Notes: generated from the sequence alone by a model not told the origin. 64,000 bases of DNA from the human T2T-CHM13v2.0 reference genome, Homo sapiens (GCF_009914755.1 NC_060926.1); one strand, 5' to 3'. Counted from the first letter of the stretch, positions 40,153-57,950 are shown. Translations and numbers: made by a program.

Positions 40153-41024
40153 GCAATGGATTCTTGGGGTTTTTTTATTCACTACTAAGAGTCAAAGCAA
40201 TAGATACTTGAGGAAATAGTGTCAAACCTTTAGAAATATCTATTATATCTATACATTCTGTTCATCTTGTAGAAGTGGATACTAAGGCTCAGAGAGGTGG
40301 ATGCTTTGCCCAGAGGCACATGGCTGTGAGTGGCAGAGACAAGGTGAACCCAGCATTCCCACTCTGGGATACCAAAAAATAGATTTCTGTGCAATCACTT
40401 AGGAGGCTGTTTATGCTTCACTGAAAAATGTTTTTGAAATGGAACATTTTTGAGAAATGTCTTTCGTATTGAGTCCTTTGGGACTCAGTAATTTAAGCCT
40501 CATGTTAACACTATGAAAAAAGTAGGAACATTATCATCATTTTAAAGATGAAAAACCCAAGCCCCAGAAAGTCACGTGTTCAGGGTTACACAGCTAGAAA
40601 GTGGTGGAGTGTGAATTCAAACCCAGACAGCCCCAGTCATGCTCTCTGCACCTTAACATCAGACTCCCAATCCTTCATGTCCCAGCAGCAGACAACTCTT
40701 TTGAAAAGACTTCCCACACCCTAGAGTGGCGACTGAATTTCTCCCTCATATCTAGAAGCCCTTCAGGGAGTCAGTCCACTGGACATGAGCTTTGGAGGAT
40801 AGGCAGGTCTGGCTGGGGCTCTCAACCCTCCCAGAGCGGACAAGGTGTTTTGTACTTAGTGACACTCGACAGATGCTCATGGAGCTGCCTGGACAGACAA
40901 GGTACCTGAAAGCAGAGCCTTCCTTTACTGCCATGCTCATCTTCCTACCTCAGGTCATCCTCTTGTCTAACTAACCTTACACACCTTCAGTATTACAATA
41001 ATGTTGAGCTTCTAAAATGTATTA

Positions 41025-41413
<389 letters not shown>

Positions 41414-41504
41414 TAGAAGCTTCTGTCTCCTGCAGGTGTAGAGGGTTCCTCTGTCTCAGTCTGGGGTGGAGGTGCACAGGCATCCCGGGTCCAGGACAGG
41501 GCTA

Positions 41505-41760
41505 AGGCAGAGGCAGGGAGGAAAGGAGACAAGCTGAATGGAAGGAGGGCGAGAAGGAGGGAGAGAGCTAGCAGGAGTGTGAGATGACAGGAGAAGAGAA
41601 AGGAAGTGAGAGGTGTTTACAATCAGGAAGGCAGCCTCTGGAGGTAAGAGGACAGGAGGTGTGGAGGAGAGAGGCAAAGCAAGAGAGGTGAGGAGTAGAA
41701 AGAGGCAAGAGAAAGAGTTGTGGATGGAGAGGACCACGAGGTCCCCAGGAAGGGACAGTG
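41505..41760 (+). repeat. Purine-rich (G/A) low-complexity tract
   Basis: ~250 bp dominated by GGA/AGA/GAG on the + strand. Confidence 0.7.
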
Positions 41761-44700
41761 TTGTGCAAGAAGCCAGGGGAGGGACTTGTTTCCCGTACCC
41801 TGGGGCTGCCAGGGTTGTCCTTGGAAATAGCTCCCACAGCAAGGCTGCCCCTGGGTCAGGTCAGGGAGAAGCGGGACAGAGGGTGGGTGAGCAGAGACAG
41901 CGGTGGGGAGATGGCCTCCCTAGGAAGCCAAGGACACAGGAAGGGAAGAAAGGGGAGAGCGAGAAAGCCTGCCTCTCCGGGCTGGCCCAGGGGTCCCTGG
42001 GGTCCCCACAGGCCCCCTGACACAGCCTCACCTTTGTGAAACGGCCCTTCTTTCCTCCAAGCTCTGACGTCCCCCTCCCCCGTGGCCAGCGACACAGCCA
42101 TGGGGTTGAAAGAACCCTTGGGAGGTGGGTGGGGCAAGGATTCTTCCACCCATTCTATAGACAGGGAGACTGAGGTTCCAAGAGGCAACTCTTCCTGCCT
42201 GTCAGTGGCAAAGTGCTTAGAACAGACCCTGGGCACACAGCGAGTGCTTAGTAAATATCAGCCATGGGTATCACTGCCGAACCTGGACTCCTCTGCTCAT
42301 TTGGACCCCTCCCAGGGTGTGCTCTCTCCACACTTCCCTGGGCCCAGATCCTAGCTCTTGTTTCAGGGAAATGAGTGTCCGGGAAAACCTACCAGGGGCA
42401 CTGGCAGGAGAGGAGGAAGGGCAGGTGGTAGGCTCCAGCCTGCCCGTGGGCTCTCAATCCAGGCTTCAGGAGGTCCATGTGAACTTGGGTAAGTTACTCA
42501 ACTTCTTGAGTCTCAGTTTCAGCATCGGTAAAATGGAGGTGCTGATATGTTCCTGGAAGGACTAAAGAGCTAACCACTGTGCCAGCAGCTGGCACCTGTG
42601 GGCACTCGACAAACACTGGTTCCTTTTCCTTCCCTAAAGGCAGCCTTTCCACGAACAGCTCATATTGCCATCCAGGCACAAGGACACCAGAGGAGGCACG
42701 AAGCATGGGATGCAGGCAAAGGACCCCAGGCCTGTTTTTTTTCCCACAGTCCCCAATATCTAGCAAGGGCCTGGGCTGGACGGCAACGCCAAGAGAGCCC
42801 TGTGGGCTGGGGTGGACAAGAAGGAGTTTGAGTACAGGCTTCCCTTGAAATGCAAGTTGTGAAATGTCAATGTAATTATGAAAATGCAGACACAGGAACA
42901 TTTGCTTATGGGAACTAATGGTTTTTAATGAAGGTAATCAGCTTAGTTAAATCAAATTATTAGCTTTGACAATAGATGTGTAAATAGGTACTTAATGAAT
43001 TTGTTGATTGTCCCTGCCTGCTAAAAAGACACCACAAGAGTTGTTCTAGGCCCAGTACACACATCTGGGCTCTCCTCTCTGGTTGGGAAACACGCCCCTC
43101 CACTACCACACAGACACACAGACACACAAACCTAGACACAAACACATTGGGAGCTCCCCGAGGCAGAGACTGTATCTCTCCCATCAGCTCAGAGGATCTC
43201 AAAGGGTGGGGCCCTTCTTTGATTTCTTATGTTTTCGCGTCTCCTTTTATACACTCTCTCTGTGGTTGCTGTCTTGGGGAATCTAAGGTTGAGGGGACAG
43301 AGTCAGGAGGAAGATGGAAGACTGTTAAGACATTGGGCTCCTGTATTCCCGCAAACTTGCGCATATATGATCTCATTTCATCCCCCAAGGACCCTTCCTA
43401 CTATGATTCCCATTTTACAGCTTAGGAAACGGAGGCACAGTGGGAGGGGTGGGTTGGTGGCAGTAGATAGAGGTCAAGCCTGGCTGGGAAGCAACTTGCA
43501 TTTATCTTACCATGGGAGTGACCTAGGGCCAGGAGGAGGCCCTCATCAGCTGGGAGGAGCGAAAAGGAAATTGCCTAGAATGAGGAGGTAGGAGCCCATG
43601 GAGGCAGAAATGAGTATTAGCAGGGGCAGTCAGAAGACGAGGGCAGGTAGGACCCAGGGCCCATTGCTAGGATTCCTTGTGAGCCAGAAGATGGAAATTG
43701 GGCCTCACATCTCTGGAGACACCCTGGCAGCAATCACGTCTCCAAGGCTTCCACCTAGGAATGTGTCAGAGAAGAAGTCATGGGGACTAGTTCAGGAAGG
43801 GGTACCCAGAGACCCCCCCTCCCCTGAAACACACACACTCTCACACCCCCCACCCCCAGTATCAGCCAGGCAGGTGTCTCTCACAGTGCTGGGGGAAGGG
43901 AAGCGGGTCCTAGGGTTCTATGAATAATGCAATGGGCAGGTTGGGGGCTGAGGCAGACAGGCAGGCACTCCCAAGAGACAGCTCACCCACACCACCCTTG
44001 GAGATACCATCAGGCAGTTACGCTGCAGACACGGCCGCTCGCTCACAAGGGCAGCAGCAGAGACGCTGCTGTGTCTCACGTGGGGCTTGCAGATGGGACT
44101 ATTAGTCAGACAGATGGAGGGAGGGAGAGTGTGCTGAAACCACCTCAGGACCTGGCCAGGTTCTCCTGTCAACAGGCCAGCCTGAGACAGTCCATGGGCT
44201 CCTTCCTGATCTGAGGCTAGGGAGAGACAGAGGGCAAGGCCCCGCCCCTGCCCTAGGCTGAGGGAACAGACACAGCCCCTGCTGTCTGACCCCTGGGCTA
44301 TTGGTGAAGGCAGTTCCCACCATCCAGCAGCCGGGAAGAGCCAGGTCTTACTTAGGGGAGTCACACGTCCTACACGCTGACTTTTGGAGCCTGCAATTAG
44401 TTAGAGAGGCAAAATATTCCCCATCAGGAGACCTGAGATTGAGAGCCATTATCAAGAGATCTAAACCAAGGGCTAGGAAGTGGGATATGGGCAGGAGGGA
44501 GCAGAGTAGGAGGATATAAGAGAGGCTTCTGGCCCACTGTCCACAGCCCCACACAAGGGGGAGAGGAGACAGCTCCAAAAGGGACAACGATGCCATGTCC
44601 ATGCATCTTGTTGACCTGGCATGGAGGTGCCTGGACTCTCTGTGTCCACATCTTCCCAACGGAGCCTTCGTGAGGACTCCAGCCCATTTCCAGAGAACTT

Positions 44701-45121
44701 GTCCGTGACCTCAGGGTGCCTGGACCGGTGTGGTGGGGCTATTTGGTAACTCCATAATTCCTTCCCAGAAGGAACAGGTCTCTTCTCAAGTTGAACCTGG
44801 TGATTTAGAAACAGGAAACTGAAAAATTAGCCTGCCCCTGGACCCAACCCTAGGACAGGGGTTCATCGGGATGGAAGAGTCAGACCCAAGGAAGATCGAC
44901 AGAGGCCTCTTTTCAGCTCCTGGCCCCAGCCATAAATGGTTCCACCCTCTCCAGAACTCTCATCACATATTGTACATTCCTCTACTAGTACAGTGTGTAA
45001 TAATTAAATATGTACCTCCTTCACTAGATAATGACCTACTTCAGTGCAGGGATGGTGTGCCTGACTCAGAGGGGGTGCTTGGTATTTCCGGGGGTGATCA
45101 ATGGGTGAAGAGATGAATAAG

Positions 45122-45200
45122 CAGATATATGGATAGATGGATGGATGGATGCGTGGATGGATGGATGCTTGGCTGGCATATGGACAGATAGATAGATGAA
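45122..45200. repeat. (GGAT)n/(GATA)n tract, probably an L2 tail
   Basis: GGATAGATGGATGGATGGATGCGTGGATGGATGGATG. Confidence 0.85.
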
Positions 45201-45729
45201 CACTACACCCACATCCACCAGCATCTCTAGTGGCCACCGTATGGTTTGCCCTATTCTTGGGTTGGAACTGTATCAGCCCCTCTCCATTCTAGCTCCATGC
45301 AACTGATCCAAATGTCCACACAGGTGTCCTTGCCCAGCAAAAATCTTCTTCTCAGTAGTTACCTAGAGGCCAAGAACCATTTCCCCCCACTCTTCTAAAA
45401 TCCCACTCAGGATTGTGGTTCCATCAGAGAACTTCCACAGCCCCTTTGGCGTATGAACAATGAAGGGGAAAGGTCAGAGTCAAAACTGGAGGGTCAAGAA
45501 TGGAGGAGCTTCCAAGGGAAAGAGAAACAGAGATCCTGCTTCCATCCAATCCCTACCTGGTCTCTAGAGAGGAAGCAAGAGGTCACTTCAAGGGAGGGAT
45601 AATCTGGGCACTTTCTATCCCCAGACCCCCTCTGATGGTGAGGCAGAACCTTCAGTAATGGGTGGAATCATGAACTAGAGTTACCCTTACCCTGCAACTA
45701 ACCCAGCCCCAACCCTTAGTCTAACTCCA

Positions 45730-45985
45730 ATAACAATAGAATAACAAACACTTACATAGCAATTACCATGTGCCAGGCACCAGCCCAAATGCTTTACATA
45801 CATTTGCTTATTTAAACCTCACAACAACCCTATGAGGCAAGGATTCTTGTTTATTCTCATCTTACATATGAGGAAACTAAAGCAGACTGAGGTTACGTAG
45901 CTTATTTAAGGTCAATAGCTAATAAGTGGTAAAGCTGTGACTTGAACCTAGAAATCCTGGTTCCTGAGTCCTTACTCTTAACTAT
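45730..45985 (-). mobile_element. MIR SINE (near full length)
   Basis: ATGTGCCAGGCAC...CCTCACAACAACCCTATGAGG...ATGAGGAAACT...TTGAACCTAG. Confidence 0.85.
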
Positions 45986-46914
45986 CAGATCATCCCACCA
46001 AATGCATTTATCTCTGTCCTGAATTCAAACCCCATCTCAACCCTGATGCCACCCTCCTATAACCCTCACTTCATCCCCAACTCTTAGCACTGCCATCCCA
46101 ACTCATCCTTTATAATTTGACACCCTCCCCCCCACCCCATAATAGAATCCTCTGGAGATAAATTCCATTGCTAGAAAATATGAGATAAAGGAAAAAAGTA
46201 AATACCAGAAGGAGGCAAACAGACAAATCCGGAATGTGGGACATTCCACTGAGCCAACTGACCTGGTTTCTGCAAGAAGGCAATCATGAAAAAAATTAAA
46301 AGGGGAGAGAGTAATTCTCTAGACTCAGAAATTTAAGAATTATAACAACCAAATATGAGATATGGCTCTTGTTTGGATCCTTCCATGTTTGAATAAACCA
46401 CTCATAAAAAGACATTTTTAGACAGCAGGGATAGTTTGATAATGGTTTGGGTATTCAATGATACCAAGGAATTGGTGTTAATTTTGTTAGATGTGATAAT
46501 GGCATCGTCATCCTATAAGGAAATGTGTGTAATACTGAAGTGCAGCTGATTCTTGTTCACAGTGGTTTTGTTATATAAATTCACCAAAACACTGAATTAG
46601 CAAATACTGAATTATTGCTCCCAGAAGAAATAGAATGTTAGGTTCCTATGAGCCTCTGATCACAATGTTTTCCTCAGCTGATACATAATCTTTTTTTTTT
46701 CCTTTTTTTTTTATTATTAAAGTTTTAGGGTACATGTGCACATTGTGCAGGTTAGTTACATATGTATACATGTGCCATGCTAGTGTGCTGCACCCACTAA
46801 CTCGTCATCTAGCATTAGGTATATCTCCCAATGCTATCCCTCCCCCCTCCCCCCACCCCACAACAGTCCCCAGAGTGTGATGTTCCCCTTCCTGTGTCCA
46901 TGTGATCTCATTGT

Positions 46915-51077
<4,163 letters not shown>

Positions 51078-51125
51078 TTATTTTGCTCGTCAGTTGATGC
51101 AGTTTCTTCCTAGTCTCGATGGTCT

Positions 51126-52142
51126 TTACATTTTGGCATGATTTTGCAGCGGCTGGTACCGGTTGTTCCTTTCCATGTTTAGCGCTTCCTTCAGGAGCTC
51201 TTTTAGGGCAGGCCTGGTGGTGACAAAATCTCTCAGCATTTGCTTGTCTGTAAAGTATTTTATTTCTCCTTCACTTATGAAGCTTAGTTTGGCTGGATAT
51301 GAAATTCTGGGTTGAAAATTCTTTTCTTTAAGAATGTTGAATGTTGGCCCCCACTCTCTTCTGGCTTGTAGGGTTTCTGCCGAGAGATCCGCTGTTAGTC
51401 TGATGGGCTTCCCTTTGAGGGTAACCCGACCTTTCTCTCTGGCTGCCCTTAACATTTTTTCCTTCATTTCAACTTTGGTGAATCTGACAATTATGTGTCT
51501 TGGAGTTGCTCTTCTCGAGGAGTATCTTTGTGGCGTTCTCTGTATTTCCTGGATCTGAACGTTGGCCTGCCTTGCTAGATTGGGGAAGTTCTCCTGGATA
51601 ATATCCTGCAGAGTGTTTTCCAACTTGGTTCCATTCTCCCCATCACTTTCAGGTACACCAATCAGACGTAGATTTGGTCTTTTCACATAGTCCCATATTT
51701 CTTGGAGGCTTTGCTCATTTCTTTTTATTCTTTTTTCTCTAAACTTTCCTTCTCGCTTCATTTCATTCATTTCTTCTTCCATAGCTGATACCCTTTCTTC
51801 CAGTTGATCGCATCGGCTCCTGAGGCTTCTGCATTCTTCACGTAGTTCTCGAGCCTTGGTTTTCAGCTCCCTCAGCTCCTTTAAGCACTTCTCTGTATTG
51901 GTTATTCTAGTTATACATTCTTCTAAATTTTTTTCAAAGTTTTCAACTTCTTTGCCTTTGGTTTGAATGTCCTCCTGTAGCTCAGAGTAATTTGATGGTC
52001 TGAAGCCTTCTTCTCTCAGCTCGTCAAAGTCATTCTCCATCCAGCTTTGTTCCCTTGCTGGTGAGGAGCTGCATTCCTTTGGAGGAGGAGAGGCGCTCTG
52101 ATTTTTAGAGTTTCCAGTTTTTCTGTTCTGTTTTTTCCCCAT
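51126..52142 (-). CDS. LINE-1 ORF1p (RNA-binding chaperone), intact 338 aa
   Basis: MGKKQNRKTGNSK...NHAKM at canonical length; coiled coil, RRM and CTD motifs (REKG, ARR, YPAKLS) intact. Confidence 0.95.
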   Translation of the reverse strand: MGKKQNRKTGNSKNQSASPPPKECSSSPAREQSWMENDFDELREEGFRPSNYSELQEDIQTKGKEVENFEKNLEECITRITNTEKCLKELRELKTKARELREECRSLRSRCDQLEERVSAMEEEMNEMKREGKFREKRIKRNEQSLQEIWDYVKRPNLRLIGVPESDGENGTKLENTLQDIIQENFPNLARQANVQIQEIQRTPQRYSSRRATPRHIIVRFTKVEMKEKMLRAAREKGRVTLKGKPIRLTADLSAETLQARREWGPTFNILKEKNFQPRISYPAKLSFISEGEIKYFTDKQMLRDFVTTRPALKELLKEALNMERNNRYQPLQNHAKM

Positions 52143-53679
52143 CTTTGTGGTTTTATCTACTTTTGGTCTTTGATGATGGTGATGTACAGATGGGTTTTTG
52201 GTGTGGATGTCTTTTCTGTGTGTTAGTTTTCCTTCTAACAGACAGGACCCTCAGCTGCAGGTCTGTTGGAGTACCCTGCAGTGTGAGGTGTCAGTGTGCC
52301 CCTGCTGGAGGGTGCATCCCAGTTAGGCTGCTCGGGGGTCAGGGGTCAGGGACCCACTTGAGGAGGCAGTCTGCCCATTCCCAGATCTCCAGCTGCGTAC
52401 TGGGAGAACCACTGCTGTCTTCAAAGCTGTCAGACAGGGACATTTAAGTCTGCAGAGGTTACTGCTGTCTTTTTTTTTGTCTGTGCCCTGCCCCCAGAGG
52501 TGGAGCCTACAGAGGCACGCAGGCCTCCTTGAGCTGTGGTGGGCTCCACCCAGTTCGAGCTTCCCGGCTGCTTTGTTTACCTAAGCAAGCCTAGGCAATG
52601 GTGGGCGCCCCTCCCCCAGCCTTGCTGCCGCCTTGCAGTTTGATCTCAGACTGCTATGCTAGCAATCATCGAGACTTGGTGGGGTAGGACCCTCCCAGCC
52701 AGGTGCAGGATATAATCTCATGGTGCGCCGTTTTTTAAGCCCGTCGGAAAAGCGCAGTATTCGGGTGGGAGTGACCCGATTTTCCAGGTGCCGTCCGTCA
52801 CTCCTTTCTTTGATTAGGAAAGGGAACTCCCTGACCCCTTCCGCTTCCCGAGGGAGGCAATGCCTCGACCTGCTTCGGCTCGCACACGGTGCGCGCACCC
52901 ACTGACCTGCGCCCACTGTCTGGCACTCCCTAGTGAGATGAACCCGGTACCTCAGATGGAAATGCAGAAATCACCCGTCTTCTGCGTCGCTCAGGCTGGG
53001 AGCTGTAGACCGGAGCTGTTCCTATTCGGCCATCTTCTACATAATCTTGTTGTGTGTGAGTTTCTGCTTAAAGGCACCTTATTTAATATATATTGTTGAT
53101 TCATTAACAGCAAGCTCATGGCCACCAGCACTGTACCTCATGACTAGATAAAGCTTACCTAACACTCGTATTTCCTCCGTAAGACACATCACAGCTTTCT
53201 TGTGCTTAAGAACATCAGACAGCCCTGTGCTTGGGGACCCCTTTAAACAGCAAAATCACCAATAAAAGGCACCAAGAGTGTGAAAAACATGGTACTGAAG
53301 AGACCATGAAAAGGACCCTTTAGAGTATGAGAGCAGAAACTGGAGGCAGAGCGTCATGATGTTTGGCCTCACCTGGGAACCTAACATCTGGTGACACATT
53401 TTTCACCAATGTGCTCGTGTCTGCGAATGACCAAGAGGGCATGATGAGTGCTGATTTTGCATTCCAAATGAATTTTTAAAATAGGCAAATTTGCAAATGC
53501 AGACTCCATGAATAGTGAGGGTGAACCGCATTTAAGAATAAAATGGCATGGCGTCCGGGATTTGCTTCTAATCACTTCAGTGGGGAAAGAAAAACAAAAG
53601 GATGAGGAAAGGATAGATGAAGCAAATGTTGGAGATGTTGCTAATTGCGGACAGTCATGATGGGTATATGGGATTGGGG

Positions 53680-54134
53680 GGTCTGTTGCTTGAGGTCCTC
53701 AAAGAAGCAGGAACCAAGGTGAGATGAAAGGTGTTATTTTATTAGGGGACATGCCTGTGAGAAAGGACATAAAGGAGGAGCCAGAAAGGCTGGGAGAGCT
53801 AACCATCATTCTAAATGCTAGTCTGACCCTGAATGAAGGAGGGAGGGAGAGAAGGCTGGGTAGGTGCACCCTGGAGAGCAGGGCAGCCTCCTGAGTATAC
53901 GGACAGTCGAGCAAAGCCTGGGAACGTCCCTGAGTGAAAGTCTCTGACAGAGGGTCCCACAGCTCCCATGAAGGAGCTTGCCTTAGGATTCCTGCTGCAC
54001 TGGCAGGGTCCAGTCCTTGGGAGATGCGGCCTCCACACAATCGGGGTGAGGGCTGAATGCCCAGCACCAGGCCTCACACGCAGCAGGGCCCCTGCAGCAG
54101 GAAGTCCGCAAAGCATGCTCTCTTTGTCGCCACA
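53680..54134 (-). mobile_element. Old ERVL-type LTR (LTR16/LTR41-like) inside an L1M 3'UTR
   Basis: Minus strand starts TGTGGCGAC; host L1M 3'UTR (TGATGGGTATATGG) resumes afterwards at GGTTCATTAAACTAG. Confidence 0.5.
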
Positions 54135-54296
54135 TGGAGGTTCATTAAACTAGTCTCTACCATTGAGTATTTTTTGAAATATTTTTCAATAAAAATTAAA
54201 AGAAAAAAATGAGGTGGGCAGAAGAGTGTAGGGAGGAGGAAACTGTGACGAAATTACCATGTGTGGCAACATTTGGACTCACAGCATGCAGGCTGA

Positions 54297-54628
<332 letters not shown>

Positions 54629-55030
54629 TCTTCTTATTTTAATACTACAAACTTGTGTAATAATGTCACACAGTTTCCAAATTACTTCTGTGCCTCCCCA
54701 TTGAACTCTCACACCTACTTTAAAAGATGGGCAGGGCAGGCACTTGGGTATCATTGTACCTGCTGGGAAGATGAGTAAATCTCTCTCAGCACCCAAACCT
54801 CACTTTGGTTAAGAGAGTGGCCCCATCACTCAGCTGAGTAGGAGTCAGGTGAGAAGGCTGTGCCCGATCCTCAATCTGGTGACCTCCTACTACCCTTCCG
54901 TGGCCCACCCTTCTGGCACTGATACTCAGGCTGGGAGCAGGGTGCCTCCAGACCCTCACTGAGCTGCCCACACTGCTGGGCCCAATGTCCCTTGGAAGAA
55001 AGAATGCTTATCTTGTGGGATGATGAGTAG

Positions 55031-55127
55031 GGTTTAAAGGTCAGCCTGGTAGCGGGGCTTAAAGCTCTGAGGTCAGGGTTAAGGTTTAGTCTGAAGCTAA
55101 AACAGGGTCACCCTGAGGTCAGGATCA
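55031..55127 (+). promoter_or_regulatory. Nuclear-receptor half-site cluster including a consensus DR5 (RARE-like)
   Basis: GGGTCA-CCCTG-AGGTCA at 55105-55121; AGGTCA also at 55038 and 55070. Confidence 0.45.
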
Positions 55128-56679
55128 AGGGACTGTGAGGGGTAGTGACACCCCTCAGCCCCTTGTAGGCCATGGTAGTGGGGATCAGTCCCCTACCTGG
55201 CCCACACAGCCCTCTAACTCATTCTCCTCAACCCCTCTGGGTCTGTGGACCGGAGCGGGGGCTGCATCCACACAGAGGTGCCCTGAATTTGTCCCTCAGG
55301 CCCATTTGCATCTGGTGCGCCTTGGGCTCACCCAGGAGGATTTCCCCAAGAACATTTCGTAAGCCACCTGCCTGGGTTTAAGCCCACTGACAGCAAGAAC
55401 AACTCTGGGACAAGCCTTGTCCAATTCCCCACCCATTGCTACAGACTTAATTACAGACCCCAGCTGCACCAAGTGGCCACCTTCCGCCCCCACGGGGGAC
55501 AGAGAAGGGGGGCCGGTTTGTGCTCCACTAGGAGGCATCAGCAAGAGAAATCAAGAAGCGTTTCCCAATAGTGCAGCCTGGGAGTGCGATCTGTCTCGAT
55601 GAAACTGTGACCACGGTGGCTACATTTTCTCAGGTCCCTGGTGCCTCTCACTCCTCTTTCTGTGTACACCGCCCCCCACCCCATCTTGTCCCCACCGTTG
55701 TTGTTTCAGTCTAATCCCTTATGAGCCCCAAAAGAGAAAGTCTGAATGGCCTGGCACTCTGTAAAAGGAGCCTGAAGGGGGCAATGCTTAAGCCCAAAAG
55801 AGAGTGATCCCCTGCTGGGGTGGCGGGCACTATGGCAGCAAATGTGGAGTCTTCCTGATGCTGCAGAAAAGGAAGGCCCAACCAAACTATGGCAGCAATG
55901 ACTTTCTCTTCTTTAATGCCTTGGCCCCTTGCCAAGGCCTCCAAATGGGCGCCCCCTTGAGAGACAGGCAAGCATGCAGGGTGCTGCTGACTCGGCTGGC
56001 AGTGACGGTGCTTCCATGTGCCAGGTCATCCCCACCCCATACCTAATCACCAGCCTCGGAAAAACCTGGCAGTTCCTTCCTGCCTCTCCAGCCACGCCAC
56101 CCCCCGCCCTGCCGTGGGCCCTTCTCCCCTCTCTCCAGGACCTCGGCAGCAACTTTCTACCTCTTCTCTGCTCAGTGCCACAGTGCTTCAAGGGCATCAT
56201 TCCCTACAAGAATAGGTCTAAATCAGCGGTGGGCAGGCTACCTGAGGCCCCCAGGCCAAATCCATCCCACAGCCTATCTCCCTAAAGCCTCACAAGCTGC
56301 CTGGCTTTTACAGGTGAAGATTTGCCATCAGTGTGATGGTAGGCACCACTTTTACCCCAATTAAGCAAAATATTACACACTCCCTCTCCAAAATTGTAAT
56401 AGACCTATGTTATTTTCTTAATGTACTCTATTGTTATATTTTAAGTTTCCTTACTAAAAAGTTGTAGAAACATGCTTTCTCTCTTTTTATATAAGTGCCT
56501 ATAATATCCTTGGTTTTTCCTCCTGGCCCTCAAAGTCCAAAAGGTTTACTGTTTGTTTGGCCCTTTCCAGGAAAAGGTTTGCTGGCTTCTGGTCTAAACT
56601 CTTCCTTTGAGTATTCAAAGTCCCTTAATCATAAGCACCCCCTGCCAACCACACTTCACCCCAGCCCCCAACCCAACCA

Positions 56680-56880
56680 TACTGGGTTCAAGTCCCGGCC
56701 CTTCCATTTACCACCGTAAGTTATTTGTATTCTTCATGCCCCAGTTTCCTCATCTGTGGAATGGGGATAATGAGAGTAGGATAACTCAGTAAGTTATACG
56801 GGGATTGAATGAGTTAGTATTTATAATGTATGTAAAGCAATGCCTGCCACATAACCTGCCTATGTACATGTTTGATAAAG
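56680..56880 (+). mobile_element. MIR SINE
   Basis: CTGGGTTCAAGTCCCGGC...CAGTTTCCTCATCTGTGGAATGGGGATAAT. Confidence 0.8.
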
Positions 56881-57249
56881 AAATAAAACCTCTTACAGCC
56901 CAGTGCCACCTTGAGCACTCCATTCAAGAAGTCCCATCTCCTCCATGTGGCCTCCTCCTCCTTTCACGGAACCCCTACCTGCATATCTTATCTCTGGCTC
57001 ACAATGGGAGCAGTGATGACTGTCACTTTCTGCTCCCTCTGCCCTGTTTCCTGAAAGCTCCTTGAGGGCAGGAATAATGTCTTATCTTCCTTACTTCCCA
57101 GAAGATTACAAAGCTGAATGTAAAATGAAGATACACACATGTAGGAAGAAGTAATTTTCAACAACTAGAACAAAGAAGAGCTTTCTGAACTTAAATGTGA
57201 ACGGAGCAGTGGTGAAGGGAAATATGTTCAATTTGATTGCCTGGAATGT

Positions 57250-57950
57250 AAGTCTTCTCCATTTCAAAAAAACAAAAAGGCAGAATATAAAAATCAAATA
57301 GGAAACATGGAAGCAATATTTGAAACAAACATGGCCAGTAAAGGGAGAGTTAATCTTCTTAATAAATATACAAAGAATTCTTACAAATCAATATGAAAAA
57401 AAAAATCCTAGGATCAAAATAGATAAGTAGTAAAAAGACTTAAATAGAAAAAGTGGAAATATAAATGGCTAACAAAAAAGTAAAATTATTTATACTCATT
57501 AATAATTCACAGATGCAAATAAAAAGAATGGCAATGAATAATTTAGCACATGAAATTAATAGATAGTTTTTAAAATAAGAGTATTCAGGCTTGGCCAGGG
57601 AACATGAAAATGAGCACTGCTGGTGAGAGTATCAATTGAGCAACTCGGTGAATTCAGCAACATGATTCAAAGGCCTTTAAAACAGTCTTACCCTTTGGCT
57701 CAGTATTGCGACTTCTAGGAGGCCAGCCCAAGGAAATCATCAGACAGGTGGATAAAGATTTACACACAGTGTTGTGAAAAATGGAATACAACTCACATGT
57801 CCAACAATAGGGGATTGGTCAAATAAATTACGGTCCACCCATATGATGGTAGATTATGCAATGATTTAAAATGATGTTTACAGAGAGTGTTTCATGACAT
57901 GAGATACAAAATGGTACAAATAATTCAAATGCAAGTATGCTTTGTAAGTG
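57250..57950 (+). mobile_element. Old L1M 3' fragment
   Basis: AAAGAATTCTTACAAATCAATA, ATGTCCAACAATAGGGGATTGG. Confidence 0.65.

Noticed and set aside
45680-46140. Degenerate CCCTAA-like tracts as interstitial telomeric sequence
   Set aside because: No run of exact TTAGGG/CCCTAA units; only C-rich low complexity
52598-52687. L1 antisense ORF0
   Set aside because: The ATG is present but the frame hits TAG after 29 codons because of an indel near 52680
55525-55537. CTCF-like motif CCACTAGGAGGCA (and a weaker one near 45220-45238)
   Set aside because: Mismatches in the core; cannot be supported without a PWM score or ChIP data
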